NCBI GenBank assembly: GCA_963717945.1 | Contig: CAVQXT010000003.1 | Location: 385,880-449,879, forward strand | Direction: 5' to 3' | Origin: an uncultured Acidobacteriota bacterium | GTDB lineage: Bacteria > Acidobacteriota > Vicinamibacteria > Vicinamibacterales > Fen-181 | Length of the DNA: 64,000 nucleotides | Shown here: positions 10,536 to 21,473 of the stretch, in pieces | Position numbering within the stretch: the stretch's first letter is position 1 | Layout: every line of letters begins with the position of its first letter | The notes under the pieces: generated by a model | What the model saw: the letters and a program-made list of their open reading frames with translations, nothing else | The model's database searches: none | Told to the model about the DNA's origin: nothing | Translations under genes and position numbers: made by a program

Positions 10536-12509
10536 ATGAAGAAGATTTGGCGTGTCGTGCCCGTTTATACGGCAGTGTTCGTGCTCGTCGGTTCGCTGGC
10601 GCTGGTCGCGCAGCGAGGAGGAGCGGGAAGCGGTGACCAGGGGCCGAGGGGACTCGGCGGCCGCGGCGGCGCGCCGGCGGTGCCCAACACCGCGATGCAC
10701 CGCGTGGCCGGCGTCCGCGACGGCGTCTCGATTTTCCCGAAGACCAACTACTGGCAGACGCGGCCGCTGAAGGCGGGCGAATTCGACATCAAGCACTACC
10801 ACACGCCCGAGGAGTCGCTGGCGCTGCTGCGGATGTGGGCGCAGAAGTACCCGGACCTCGTCGACCTGTATTCGGTCGGCAAGTCGTTCGAAGGCCGCGA
10901 CATCTGGCAGATCACGATCGCGAACAAGAAGACCGGGAGAGACACCGACAAGCCCGCGTTCTTCATCGAGGGCGGACGCCACTCCGGCGAAGTGACCGGC
11001 ACCGAGACCGTCCTCTACTTGATCAATCACGTCCTCACGAGCTACGGAACCGACCCCGCCATCACGAAGCTGGTGGACACGAAGGCGCTCTACTGCAAGC
11101 CGAACAACAATCCCGACGGCAACAGCCTGTACCTGCTGACGGCGCAGAGCAACCGCAGCACCGTGCGTCCGTACGACGACGACGGCGACGGCCTGCTCGA
11201 CGAAGACCCGCCGGAGGACTTGAACGGCGACGGGTTCATCACGCAGATGCGCCAGTTGGTCGGCCCCGGCAAGGGCAACGCGAAGAAGGACCCGCGCGAC
11301 CCGAAGGGCCGGCTGATGATGCGGGTGGCGCAGGGCGAAGGCGACTACGTGCTGTTCTCCGAGGGGATCGACAACGACAACGACGGCCGCATCAACGAGG
11401 ACGGCATCGGCGGCCTGGACCTTCACCGCAACTACCCGGAGAACTGGCGGCCGATGCGGGAGGCGACGGGCCGGGGCTACACCCAGGGCGGCTCGGGCGA
11501 GTACCCCCTCTCCGAGACGGAAACGCGCGCCGTCTTCCTGTTCCTGATGACGCACCCGAACGTGGCGGCCGCGCAGACGCTCGACACGTCGGTCCCGATG
11601 ATCCTGCGCGGGCCGTCCACCGAGCGCGACGAGGTGGCGATGACGCCCGACGACCTGGCCCTGCACAAGGCGTGGGACAAGAAGGGGCTCGAGATCACCG
11701 GGTACCCGTGGGCCGGCGACACCTACTACGTCTACGCGAACCGGTCCCGCGGCGGGCGCGGCGGTGCGGCGCCGGCCGAGGAGCGCGGCGGAAGCCCGAT
11801 CTTCGGGCACAGCCCCGACTTCGGATACTCCTACTTCGGCGTGCCCTGGTACGGCGACGAGATCTGGAACGGCGGCAACGTCGGCGACTACGACAAGGAC
11901 GGAACCGCCGACGAGTGGGACCGCCTGAAGTATTGCGACGAGCAGCGGCCGGGCAAGGGCGACTTCATCGACTGGAAGCCGTTCAGGCACCCGACGCTCG
12001 GCGAGGTGGAAATCGGCGGCTGGAACCCGAAGTTCTGGTCGCAGAATCCGCCGCCCGACCTGCTCGAAACCTGGGCCAGGAACGAGGCGATGTGGAACCT
12101 GTGGATCGCGCAGCAGTTGCCGCAGGTGAAGATCGTCTCCGCCGTCGCGACGCCCGCCAAGGCCGCGCCGGTGAAGGGCCGGAAGGTGGCGCCGGTCATC
12201 GAAGGCGAGTACGACCTGGCGGTCACCGTGACCAACGAAGGGCTGATGCCGACCGCTCTCGACATCGCCAAGCGCGTGAAGATCGTCAGGCCCGACAGCC
12301 TCGGCATCGTGCTCTCCGGGGCGACGCTCGCGCCGGCGGCCGAAGGCCGGGCGGCGCAGCGCCCGACGCAGGAACTCGGGTGGCTGAAGGCCGGGGAGAA
12401 GAAGACCATCACCTGGCGCGTGAAGGGCACGGGCAAGGCGACGATCAACCTGTCGTCCACCCGCGGCGGCATCGACAAGAAGGAAGTGGCGATCGCTCCG
12501 GCCGGCTGA
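10536..12509 (+). CDS. M14-family zinc carboxypeptidase, secreted
   Basis: Signal peptide, an FFIEGGRHSGEVTG motif (HxxE zinc motif in M14 context), a calcium-site-like DDDGDGLLDEDPPEDLNGDG, and a long C-terminal domain. Confidence 0.8.
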   Translation: MKKIWRVVPVYTAVFVLVGSLALVAQRGGAGSGDQGPRGLGGRGGAPAVPNTAMHRVAGVRDGVSIFPKTNYWQTRPLKAGEFDIKHYHTPEESLALLRMWAQKYPDLVDLYSVGKSFEGRDIWQITIANKKTGRDTDKPAFFIEGGRHSGEVTGTETVLYLINHVLTSYGTDPAITKLVDTKALYCKPNNNPDGNSLYLLTAQSNRSTVRPYDDDGDGLLDEDPPEDLNGDGFITQMRQLVGPGKGNAKKDPRDPKGRLMMRVAQGEGDYVLFSEGIDNDNDGRINEDGIGGLDLHRNYPENWRPMREATGRGYTQGGSGEYPLSETETRAVFLFLMTHPNVAAAQTLDTSVPMILRGPSTERDEVAMTPDDLALHKAWDKKGLEITGYPWAGDTYYVYANRSRGGRGGAAPAEERGGSPIFGHSPDFGYSYFGVPWYGDEIWNGGNVGDYDKDGTADEWDRLKYCDEQRPGKGDFIDWKPFRHPTLGEVEIGGWNPKFWSQNPPPDLLETWARNEAMWNLWIAQQLPQVKIVSAVATPAKAAPVKGRKVAPVIEGEYDLAVTVTNEGLMPTALDIAKRVKIVRPDSLGIVLSGATLAPAAEGRAAQRPTQELGWLKAGEKKTITWRVKGTGKATINLSSTRGGIDKKEVAIAPAG

Positions 12510-12541
12510 TCCGCGGGGCGACAGCTGTTCCAGTGACGTTG

Positions 12542-12571
12542 TGCACGGGCGACGCCGGGGTCGCCCGTGCA
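12542..12571 (+). terminator. GC-rich hairpin downstream of the M14 peptidase gene
   Basis: TGCACGGGCGAC-GCCGGG-GTCGCCCGTGCA forms a perfect 12-bp stem with a 6-nt loop, 33 nt after the stop. There is no U-tract. Confidence 0.45.
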
Positions 12572-12746
12572 GTAACGCGCCCCAGCTCGACGGTGCGCCG
12601 CGCGAACTCCTGCACGAACTCCTGCACCACATTCCATTCCGTCGTGTCTGTGCTACGCTGGAGAAACACCAATAGAACAGTCCCGCCGCCGCTGCCGGAG
12701 GACTGTCCGGACGACAGCGACGGCGGATAACGCGGAGGCCAGGAAC

Positions 12747-13166
12747 ATGCCAGCAGCGGAACCTCGAAAAGAGTCCGACAGCGTTACGGGCTTGAAGGCG
12801 AAGACGCTCGAGCCGAGCCTCACGGTTGACGACCTTCAGCGGAGCATCCGTTTCTACGAGGGGCTGGGTTTCACCGTCGAAGACAGGTGGGAGGACAAGG
12901 GCGTCCTCCTCGGCGTGATGTTGAAGGCCGGGGAGGCCCGGCTCGGGATTACGCAGGACGACTGGAAGAACGGCCGCGACCGGCGCAAGGGCGTGGGCAT
13001 GCGCGTCTATCTCACGACCGCGCAGGACCTCGGGCGTCTTGCCGGCAACGCGAAATCGGCCGGCATCACGCTCGACACGGAGCCGCACGACACGCCCTGG
13101 GGCAGCCGCGCCTTCGACGTGACCGACCCGAGCGGGTTCAAGTTGACGATCTCGACCCGCGCCTGA
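12747..13166 (+). CDS. VOC (glyoxalase/bleomycin-resistance) family protein
   Basis: 139 aa with LEPSLTVDDLQRSIRFYEGLGFTVEDRWE...PWGSRAFDVTDPSGFKLTIS, the typical betaalphabetabetabeta module pattern. GGAGG lies upstream of the ATG. Confidence 0.85.
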   Translation: MPAAEPRKESDSVTGLKAKTLEPSLTVDDLQRSIRFYEGLGFTVEDRWEDKGVLLGVMLKAGEARLGITQDDWKNGRDRRKGVGMRVYLTTAQDLGRLAGNAKSAGITLDTEPHDTPWGSRAFDVTDPSGFKLTISTRA

Positions 13167-13225
13167 CGGCGGGACCGGCGCCGGGACCGCGCGGGCGGTT
13201 CACCGAGGCCGGCGTCTTGCGGTGG

Positions 13226-13260
13226 CGGGCGGCGGCGCAGGGCTTCCTGCGCGCCGCCCG
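13226..13260 (+). terminator. GC-rich hairpin downstream of the VOC gene
   Basis: CGGGCGGCGGCGCAGG-GCTT-CCTGCGCGCCGCCCG forms a stem of about 15 bp with one bulged G, 60 nt after the stop. There is no U-tract. Confidence 0.4.
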
Positions 13261-13417
13261 CTCTGGTTCGCGCGGAAGTACTCCTCCAGGCAGGCAGCCC
13301 CTTCTCCTGCGGTCGGGACGCTCACCGCGACCTTATAGGCCGGCGGCGTTCCCGCCCTGCCGCCCTGTTCCACCATCGGCATTCAGTGTTCGCGGGCACT
13401 TGCCGGCACTCGGGGTA

Positions 13418-13446
13418 TTGACTAGGTCTAAAGGCGGACTCAATCT
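13418..13446 (+). promoter_or_regulatory. candidate sigma-70-type promoter for katG
   Basis: TTGACT (13418-13423), a 17-nt spacer, then CAATCT (13441-13446). This would give a leader of about 130 nt before the AAGGAGAG Shine-Dalgarno and the ATG at 13582. Confidence 0.3.
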
Positions 13447-13569
13447 ATCTCCATGCCTGCTGGTTCAGCCGACCGCGCCCGTCCGACGCGCCGTTATCGG
13501 AGCCGGAGGAGAGAAGCACGTCGCGAAGTCTTGTTGCCCGCCGTGCCTGGCAATCGCGAAGCAATCTAA

Positions 13570-15756
<2,187 letters not shown>

Positions 15757-15900
15757 TCCTCTCTCCGGGCTGGCGTTCCTGACCGGAAGGGAAGAGGCGC
15801 TCGGGGTTCGCGCCGCCTCGCCTGATGAAGGAAGATCGTCGCGCCCTTCTCGAGCGTCGGTCGCCCGATCGTGCCTCGAATGGTCTAGGATACGGAGCGT

Positions 15901-16485
15901 ATGGCGACCGGGGGCGGCCAGGACATCACCGCGCTGCTCACCGCCTGGCGGGAGGGCGAATCAGGCGCCCTCGACCGCCTCATGGAACTCGCCTACCCGG
16001 AACTTCGCCGCATCGCCCACCAGCAACTCGGACGGCGCCGCCCGGGCGAGAGCCTCGAGTCTGCCGCCCTCGCCAACGAGGCGTACCTGAAACTGGCGCG
16101 CTCCGGCGGGATCGACTGCGAGAACCGTGTGCACTTCCTGGCGCTCTGCGCGCAGGTGATGCGCCGCATCCTCGTGGACCACGCGCGCCAGCGCGCGTCC
16201 GCCAAGCGCGGAGGAGACGCCGCCCGGGTGCCCCTCGCCGACTGTGTTGCTTCAGGCGGCGACGCGAACGGCGTCGAGGTGCTCGACCTCGACGCGGCGC
16301 TCGACGTGCTCGCCCGCCTCGACCCCCGCAAGAGCCGCCTCGTGGAACTGCGCTACTTCGCCGGGCTCACGCTGGAGGAAGTGGCTGGCGTTCTCGACAT
16401 CTCGGTCGAGACCGCCAAGCGCGACTGGCGGATGGCCAGGGCGTGGCTGCTTGCGGAACTGACCCGCGAGCGCCCCGCGACCTAG
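15901..16485 (+). CDS. ECF-type RNA polymerase sigma factor (kinase-associated type)
   Basis: 194 aa. The N-terminal DITALLTAWREGESGALDRLMELAYPELRRIAHQQL and the C-terminal region-4 segment LVELRYFAGLTLEEVAGVLDISVETAKRDWRMARAWL are typical of the ECF group found next to Ser/Thr kinases. Confidence 0.88.
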   Translation: MATGGGQDITALLTAWREGESGALDRLMELAYPELRRIAHQQLGRRRPGESLESAALANEAYLKLARSGGIDCENRVHFLALCAQVMRRILVDHARQRASAKRGGDAARVPLADCVASGGDANGVEVLDLDAALDVLARLDPRKSRLVELRYFAGLTLEEVAGVLDISVETAKRDWRMARAWLLAELTRERPAT

Positions 16486-16513
16486 CCCGCCGACAACCCT
16501 GCTGGCGACCAGC

Positions 16514-19500
16514 CTACTTCACGGGGCCAAGATACCGGTCGAACCAGGAGAGGGCCTCCCTGGTCAGCACGGGGTAGTTCGGCGCCAGGTCGCCGTGGCC
16601 CCCCGGCCAGTGGATCAGGCGCTTGTCGCGATCGGACGCCCCGAGCAGGGCGAGCATCCGGCGTTGCGACGGCTCGACCGGAAACACAAAGTCGTAAAGG
16701 CCCGAGGCCATCAGGGTGGGCACCTTGAAGCGGGGGATGAAGTTGAACGGATCGGCCTCGGCGAGCTTGAGGCGCTTCGGCGTCAGCCCGACACTGAACA
16801 GGACCGCGGACCTGAGCCGATCCTCACCGACGGCGAGGATCGGCACGAGCGTGGCTCCGCGGCTCAGGCCGAAGACGCCGAGGCGCTCGCGGTCCACATC
16901 CGCGCGGCTCGCCAGGTAATCGATGCAGCGGCGGAATTCCTTCGATTCCGCCACCAGGCGGTCTCGCGACTCGTTCGGGCCGGCGGGCGGCGCGGCGTAG
17001 CGCCGCTGGTAGTAGCCCTTCAGCGCCGGGTGCAGGAAGGCCCGCCCGCTCTTGACGATGAACTCGAAGATTCGCTCCTCGCCGGCTTCCGGCGTGGGGA
17101 GCCTCGTCGCCATGCCGGGGTTCGCGTAGAGGACCGCCTGGTAAGGCGGTCTCCCGCGCTTGGGAGTGTAGAAGTACGCCGTGATCCGTTCGTTCGGGAT
17201 CGCCGACGCGAACGACACCGTCTCCCGCCTCCAGTCCTTCGTCTCCACGACGGCGCCCTCCGCACGCCCGTCGAGGCGGGCCGGATCGTAGGCGTAGAGG
17301 CTCCGGTAGAGCTCGAACACATCGTCCGGAACGGGCGTGACGTCGCGACGGTCCGTCGGCTCCGGCGTCACCGGCGCGTCGAGCGCCAGCGCGTCGCGCG
17401 CCCCGTCGCGCACGCAGCGGAATCCGTTCTCCGGCGAGCGATCCCAGGGCGAGCGCGCGTCGGGTTCGGCGAACGTCCACACCGGCTGGTTCCAGGCGCC
17501 GCCTCGGACATAGCGCTGCCCGGCCACTTCGTTCGAGCACCACTCCTTCACGTTGCCGGCCATGTCGAGCGTGCCGTAGGCGCCGAGGCCCGGGGACGAA
17601 CCGACCGGGGCCGGCCCGTCGCCGCGGAAGTTGCTCAGTTCCACCACCTCCCAGAACCAGCCCGGGCTCGCCGCCCGCTGCCAGTGGTAGATGGAGGGCA
17701 GGCGCTTTCCCGCAAACTCCGCGTACGCCGCGGCCTCGTACCAACTCACGCCGTTGACCGGGTAGTCGCCGTGGCCGCTCGGATACTCGCCTCCGCTCCA
17801 GGTGGAGGGGCCGGGCTGGCCGGTGGAATCCCGGAACAGCTGCGCCGCCTCGCTCCAGGAGAGCGTGCGTCCGTCCCTGATGAACGCCTGCTTCCAGTAC
17901 TGCCGCTGCCGGTACCCGCCGCGATCCACGAACTCCTTGAACTGCCGGTTGGTGACTTCGAGCCGGTCGATCGCAAACGGACCGACCTGCACATCGTCGA
18001 GCGTGCCGACGCCGGCAATGCCGGCCGGGACGCGCAGCATCCCCGGCGGCAGACTTCCCACGGGATCGAGATCGAAGACCACCGCGTTGCCCCCGCGGAC
18101 TTCGGCGCTCGCGGTGATGGTCTCGAATCCCGGCTTCTGCACGCGGACGCGGTAGAACCCGATTGGCAGCAGCTTCGTGGTGAACGGCGTGGTTCCGAGG
18201 CGCACCCAGTCCTCGTCGTCCGGCCGGTAGCCGGTGGCCCAGACCTCCGCGCCGGGCGGGTTCGTCGCGAAGGTCGCCGCCATCGCGATCCTGTCGCGAA
18301 CCTGTGCCACGGCAGGATCGACGGGCGCGATCGAGCCCGCGCGGCGGAGGAGTCGAGAGGCCGCCTCGTAATTGCCCGCCTCGACCAGCCGGGAGATCTC
18401 GGGCACCGCCTGCTGTCTCACCCAGCGGACCTGGGAACCGTGCCGGGAGAGGCGCGCCCCGGCGTAGCCCAGCAGAAGGAGAAGTGCGGCCGCGGCGACC
18501 GCATATCGCGGCCGGCGCAAGCGGGCCAGGGCCCTGCGCCACCGAACGGGCTGGCGCTGCGCCTCCCCGAGCACATCTCGCACCGCAGCCATGCTCTCCG
18601 GCCGGCCGCTGGCGTCTTTGCTGAGACACCGGCGCAGGAGGCCGACGACACCAGGTGGAATGCCTCCGGGCAACGCTTTCCAGTCGGGCTCCTGTTCGAG
18701 GACGGCCGCGATCGTTTCCGCGTCGGAACCGCCGGCGAACGCGCGCGTGCCCGCAAGCAGTTCGAAACACAGGCATCCGAACGCCCAGATATCCGCCCGG
18801 TGGTCGACTTCGACGCCGCGCGCCTGCTCGGGGCTCATGTACCCGGGCGTGCCGACGATGAGCCCGGCCTGCGTGCCGACCGTTGTGCCGGCCGGCGTCT
18901 CCGCCGGCTCCGCGAAGGGTGTCGTCGCCTTCGCCACGCCGAAGTCCAGCACCTTGACGCGCCCGTCCGGCGTGAGCCTGATGTTGGCCGGCTTCAGATC
19001 CCGGTGGACGATCCCATGCTCGTGCGCAGCCCGGATCGCGTCGGCCACCTGGCAGGCGCAGTCGAGAGCGGTGGCCACATCGAGCGGCCCGCGAAGCGGT
19101 TCCCCCTCCACCAACTCCAGCACGAGGTAGGCGAGGCCGTCCGACTCCTCGAGGCCGTAGATCGCGGCGATGTTCGGGTGGTTGAGCGCCGCCAGCGTTC
19201 GCGCCTCGCGGTGGACGCGTGCCAGCCGGCGGGCGTCGCTCGCGAATTCGGGAGGCAGCGTCTTGATCGCGACGTCGCGGCCGAGCTTGTTGTCGTGGCC
19301 GCGGTACACCTCGCCCATTCCGCCGGCGCCGATGAAGGAGAGCAGGTCGTAGGTTCCGAGTGTGCGCCCGACCAGCGAGCCGCGGTCAGGCGTCGCGGTG
19401 TCCGGTTGGAGGAACGCCGGTGTCTCGAGGAAGTCGCCGGCGCGCTCGTCGCTCGCCACGAGGAGGCCGACCTGGCGCTGCAGATCGGCCTCGCCGTGGC

Positions 19501-19600
19501 AGGCTTCGTCCAGGAAGGCCGCGCGGCCCTCGGGCGGCCGCTCGAGGGCCGCGTGAAACAGCTCCTCCGCCCGCCGCCAGCGATCCTGGTCGATGGCCAT
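16514..19600 (-). CDS. Ser/Thr protein kinase fused to TM helix, PEGA-like, FGE-sulfatase (SUMF1-like) and alpha/beta-hydrolase domains
   Basis: 1028 aa.
- **N-terminus:** RWRRAEELFHAALE...FLDEAC, as in sigma-associated kinases.
- **Kinase motifs:** GAGGMGEVY, VAIK, HRDLKPANI, DFG, SPEQ.
- **TM segment:** YAVAAAALLLLLGYAGA.
- **PEGA-like segment:** GFYRVRVQKPGFETI.
- **FGE-sulfatase block:** FAIDRLEVTNRQFKEFVDRGGY...GNVKEWC...RGGAW.
- **C-terminus:** resembles a dienelactone-hydrolase or prolyl-oligopeptidase fold (GLSRGA nucleophile elbow). Confidence 0.88.
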   Translation of the reverse strand: MAIDQDRWRRAEELFHAALERPPEGRAAFLDEACHGEADLQRQVGLLVASDERAGDFLETPAFLQPDTATPDRGSLVGRTLGTYDLLSFIGAGGMGEVYRGHDNKLGRDVAIKTLPPEFASDARRLARVHREARTLAALNHPNIAAIYGLEESDGLAYLVLELVEGEPLRGPLDVATALDCACQVADAIRAAHEHGIVHRDLKPANIRLTPDGRVKVLDFGVAKATTPFAEPAETPAGTTVGTQAGLIVGTPGYMSPEQARGVEVDHRADIWAFGCLCFELLAGTRAFAGGSDAETIAAVLEQEPDWKALPGGIPPGVVGLLRRCLSKDASGRPESMAAVRDVLGEAQRQPVRWRRALARLRRPRYAVAAAALLLLLGYAGARLSRHGSQVRWVRQQAVPEISRLVEAGNYEAASRLLRRAGSIAPVDPAVAQVRDRIAMAATFATNPPGAEVWATGYRPDDEDWVRLGTTPFTTKLLPIGFYRVRVQKPGFETITASAEVRGGNAVVFDLDPVGSLPPGMLRVPAGIAGVGTLDDVQVGPFAIDRLEVTNRQFKEFVDRGGYRQRQYWKQAFIRDGRTLSWSEAAQLFRDSTGQPGPSTWSGGEYPSGHGDYPVNGVSWYEAAAYAEFAGKRLPSIYHWQRAASPGWFWEVVELSNFRGDGPAPVGSSPGLGAYGTLDMAGNVKEWCSNEVAGQRYVRGGAWNQPVWTFAEPDARSPWDRSPENGFRCVRDGARDALALDAPVTPEPTDRRDVTPVPDDVFELYRSLYAYDPARLDGRAEGAVVETKDWRRETVSFASAIPNERITAYFYTPKRGRPPYQAVLYANPGMATRLPTPEAGEERIFEFIVKSGRAFLHPALKGYYQRRYAAPPAGPNESRDRLVAESKEFRRCIDYLASRADVDRERLGVFGLSRGATLVPILAVGEDRLRSAVLFSVGLTPKRLKLAEADPFNFIPRFKVPTLMASGLYDFVFPVEPSQRRMLALLGASDRDKRLIHWPGGHGDLAPNYPVLTREALSWFDRYLGPVK

Positions 19601-19649
19601 CGGCGCCCCGCTCCGGGCTCATTATAGGAGCGAAGGCTTCCGCGTCCCG

Positions 19650-20150
19650 CTACTCCTTGTTCTCCTGGCCGGGGAGCACCTTCGTCGCCGTCATGGTCAT
19701 GATCGGCGACAACGGGGTTCCGTTGGGCAGCGTCATCGACGTCATGATGGCTCGCATCTCCAGACCGTCGCCGTCGATGACGAACGCCCAGACCGAAAGT
19801 CGCTGCGCGACGCCGTCCCGGTAGGCCGTGAGCGTCAGCGTCCCCGTGCAGTCGTGGTTGATCGTGTAGGTCCCCTGCTTGGTGTCGGGTCCGACGACGC
19901 CGTTGGCGCTGCTGTTCTGCTCGCCCTCGAAGCCTCCGGCGTGATCGAACTCGTACCTGCCGACGGCGGCGGCGGCGACGACGACGGTGCCGCCCGTGGG
20001 AGTGGGCGCGATCACCGAACCCGTCTCGGTGTAGCCCCATGCGCCTCTCACGGTGGCGTTCGAGCAGCCGCGGCCCTGGGCGGCGGCGGCACCCGCCAGC
20101 CCGATGACGAGGACGACGACGCAGGCGATCCGGAAGCTGTGACGGTTCAT
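19650..20150 (-). CDS. secreted hypothetical protein
   Basis: Trimmed to the ATG at 20150, with AGGAGG 8 nt upstream. The signal peptide is MNRHSFRIACVVVLVIGLAGAAAAQ. The mature part is beta-rich with normal composition. Confidence 0.7.
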   Translation of the reverse strand: MNRHSFRIACVVVLVIGLAGAAAAQGRGCSNATVRGAWGYTETGSVIAPTPTGGTVVVAAAAVGRYEFDHAGGFEGEQNSSANGVVGPDTKQGTYTINHDCTGTLTLTAYRDGVAQRLSVWAFVIDGDGLEMRAIMTSMTLPNGTPLSPIMTMTATKVLPGQENKE

Positions 20151-20277
20151 TGAGTGCACCTCCTGATCTGTATTCCGCAAACGGGCCGCGGGAGGGGTCA
20201 CAGGCGTGACCGCGTGAGAGCGTCGCGCTCGTGCAAGACCATGCCTCCAGGCGCCACCGAGCCTGCTGAACGACCGC

Positions 20278-20577
20278 GTGCAGTTGTTCCTGGTTGGGGG
20301 AACGGCCGCGCTCGTCCCCGTGCTCTTCGGCCTCTATGCGTTATCCGGGGCGGGCGTCATCCGCCGACTGCCTCTCCTGCGAACGGTCCTGGTGGTGGTC
20401 GGAAGCCTGTTCCTCCTGCGCGGGTTGTTCATCATCCTCACGGTCCTGGTCGTCCTGGGTGTCAGGCCGGGACCGCTGTTCCCGGCCGGCGCCGGGACCC
20501 ACCTGGTCTTCCTCTCGGCCGGGGTCGCCTTCTTCGGGGGAGCCGTCCTCAACTGGAAGGCACTGAAGAGTCGCTAG
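20278..20577 (+). CDS. small integral membrane protein (3 predicted TM helices)
   Basis: 99-aa ORF with a GTG start and hydrophobic segments LFLVGGTAALVPVLFGLYAL, VLVVVGSLFLLRGLFIILTVLVVLGV and HLVFLSAGVAFFGGAVL. No recognisable family. Confidence 0.45.
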   Translation: MQLFLVGGTAALVPVLFGLYALSGAGVIRRLPLLRTVLVVVGSLFLLRGLFIILTVLVVLGVRPGPLFPAGAGTHLVFLSAGVAFFGGAVLNWKALKSR

Positions 20578-20599
20578 CCGGCGCGCCTGGCTTCACTCT

Positions 20600-21192
20600 C
20601 ACTGCGTCGTGAGCCGGGGCTCGCCCGGGCCCATGAGACGGGCAGTTCTCGCGCACGGCGCCGCATGTCGAGGCCGCGCCCGAGTGAACGCCGCGTCTCG
20701 GGTCTGCCGCTCGCAAAGCGGCCCCTCCCTGGCGACACAGTCGGGGCAGGTTTACGCTTTGCTCGGGCAGGTCCCTGCGGCGCGGCATAGGACCGACCGG
20801 GCCGCGTCGCCTCAGCGCTATTTTCTGAGCACTGCGTCATGAGCCGAGGCTCACCCTGACCCATGAAAACGGCATCTGCGGCCGATCGCGCACGGGGTGG
20901 CGCCGACACGTAGGCCCGGTCGCGATGTCTCGCCGGGCGGGTGGCGCCGGGCGTCCTCCGCGACCGACGCCACGCGTGGCGTCGGTGTCCGACTTGGCCG
21001 TCGCTCGTCGCTCGGCCAAGCCGGGCGCGGAGCCTCCCCCAGCGGGCCGAGCGCGATGCCCGTGACAAGCGCTTTGCGCGCGAGGACGCTGGGGGATCCC
21101 GGCGACAGGACCTGCCAGGCGCCAACCCGTCCCTTCCCAGCGGTCACCGTCGCCGAACGGGCCGCATCGCCTCGGCACTATTTTCTGAACAC
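20600..21192 (+). repeat. three degenerate direct copies of a composite intergenic repeat (units about 230 and 360 bp)
   Basis: - **Motif A:** CACTGCGTC(G/A)TGAGCCG(G/A)GGCTC(G/A)CCC...CCCATGA(G/A)A...GCGCACGG at 20600-20658 and 20830-20894.
- **Motif B:** GGGCCGC(G/A)TCGCCTC(A/G)GC(G/A)CTATTTTCTGA(G/A)CAC at 20797-20832 and 21157-21192.
- B abuts A at 20829/20830.
- A weaker third copy of A follows 21190. Confidence 0.7.
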
Positions 21193-21473
21193 GCCATGAC
21201 GATCTCGTGCGGCGACGCCCAAGGGCCTGTGTAGCCGACACTCCGCGGGATCTCCGCGAACCGCGGGTGCCTTCGCAGGGCCTCGTACGCAGGGACACCG
21301 AGGACGAGCACGCAGCCCGGCCGCTGGTTGCAGAGGCCGCTCATGCGGCGCAAGATCGCGGCGGCGGATTGCGGCGGCCGAGTGCGGCGGCAGATCATGT
21401 GCGGCGGCAGATCATTGACCCGGAGGGCGGACCGGGCCAACAATGAGCGCCACAGCCTGCTGGGAGGTGCTTC

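Noticed and set aside
7185-13088. Large antisense ORFs 7185-8657(-), 8639-10357(-), 10449-13088(-) and the alternative-frame ORFs 9544-10539(+) and 10835-12730(+).
   Set aside because: These are shadow ORFs opposite to, or out of frame with, the BNR protein, GGT and the M14 peptidase. They have no motifs and extreme Arg/Asp/Gly/Pro content.
16595-19627. 1010-aa ORF on the plus strand opposite the Ser/Thr kinase, and ORF 16824-18776(-).
   Set aside because: The composition is Arg-rich and motif-free. The kinase frame explains the region completely.
20600-21192. Possibility that the repeats are a CRISPR array.
   Set aside because: The units are 230-360 bp, degenerate and unequal. There are no short regularly spaced identical repeats and no cas genes in the window.
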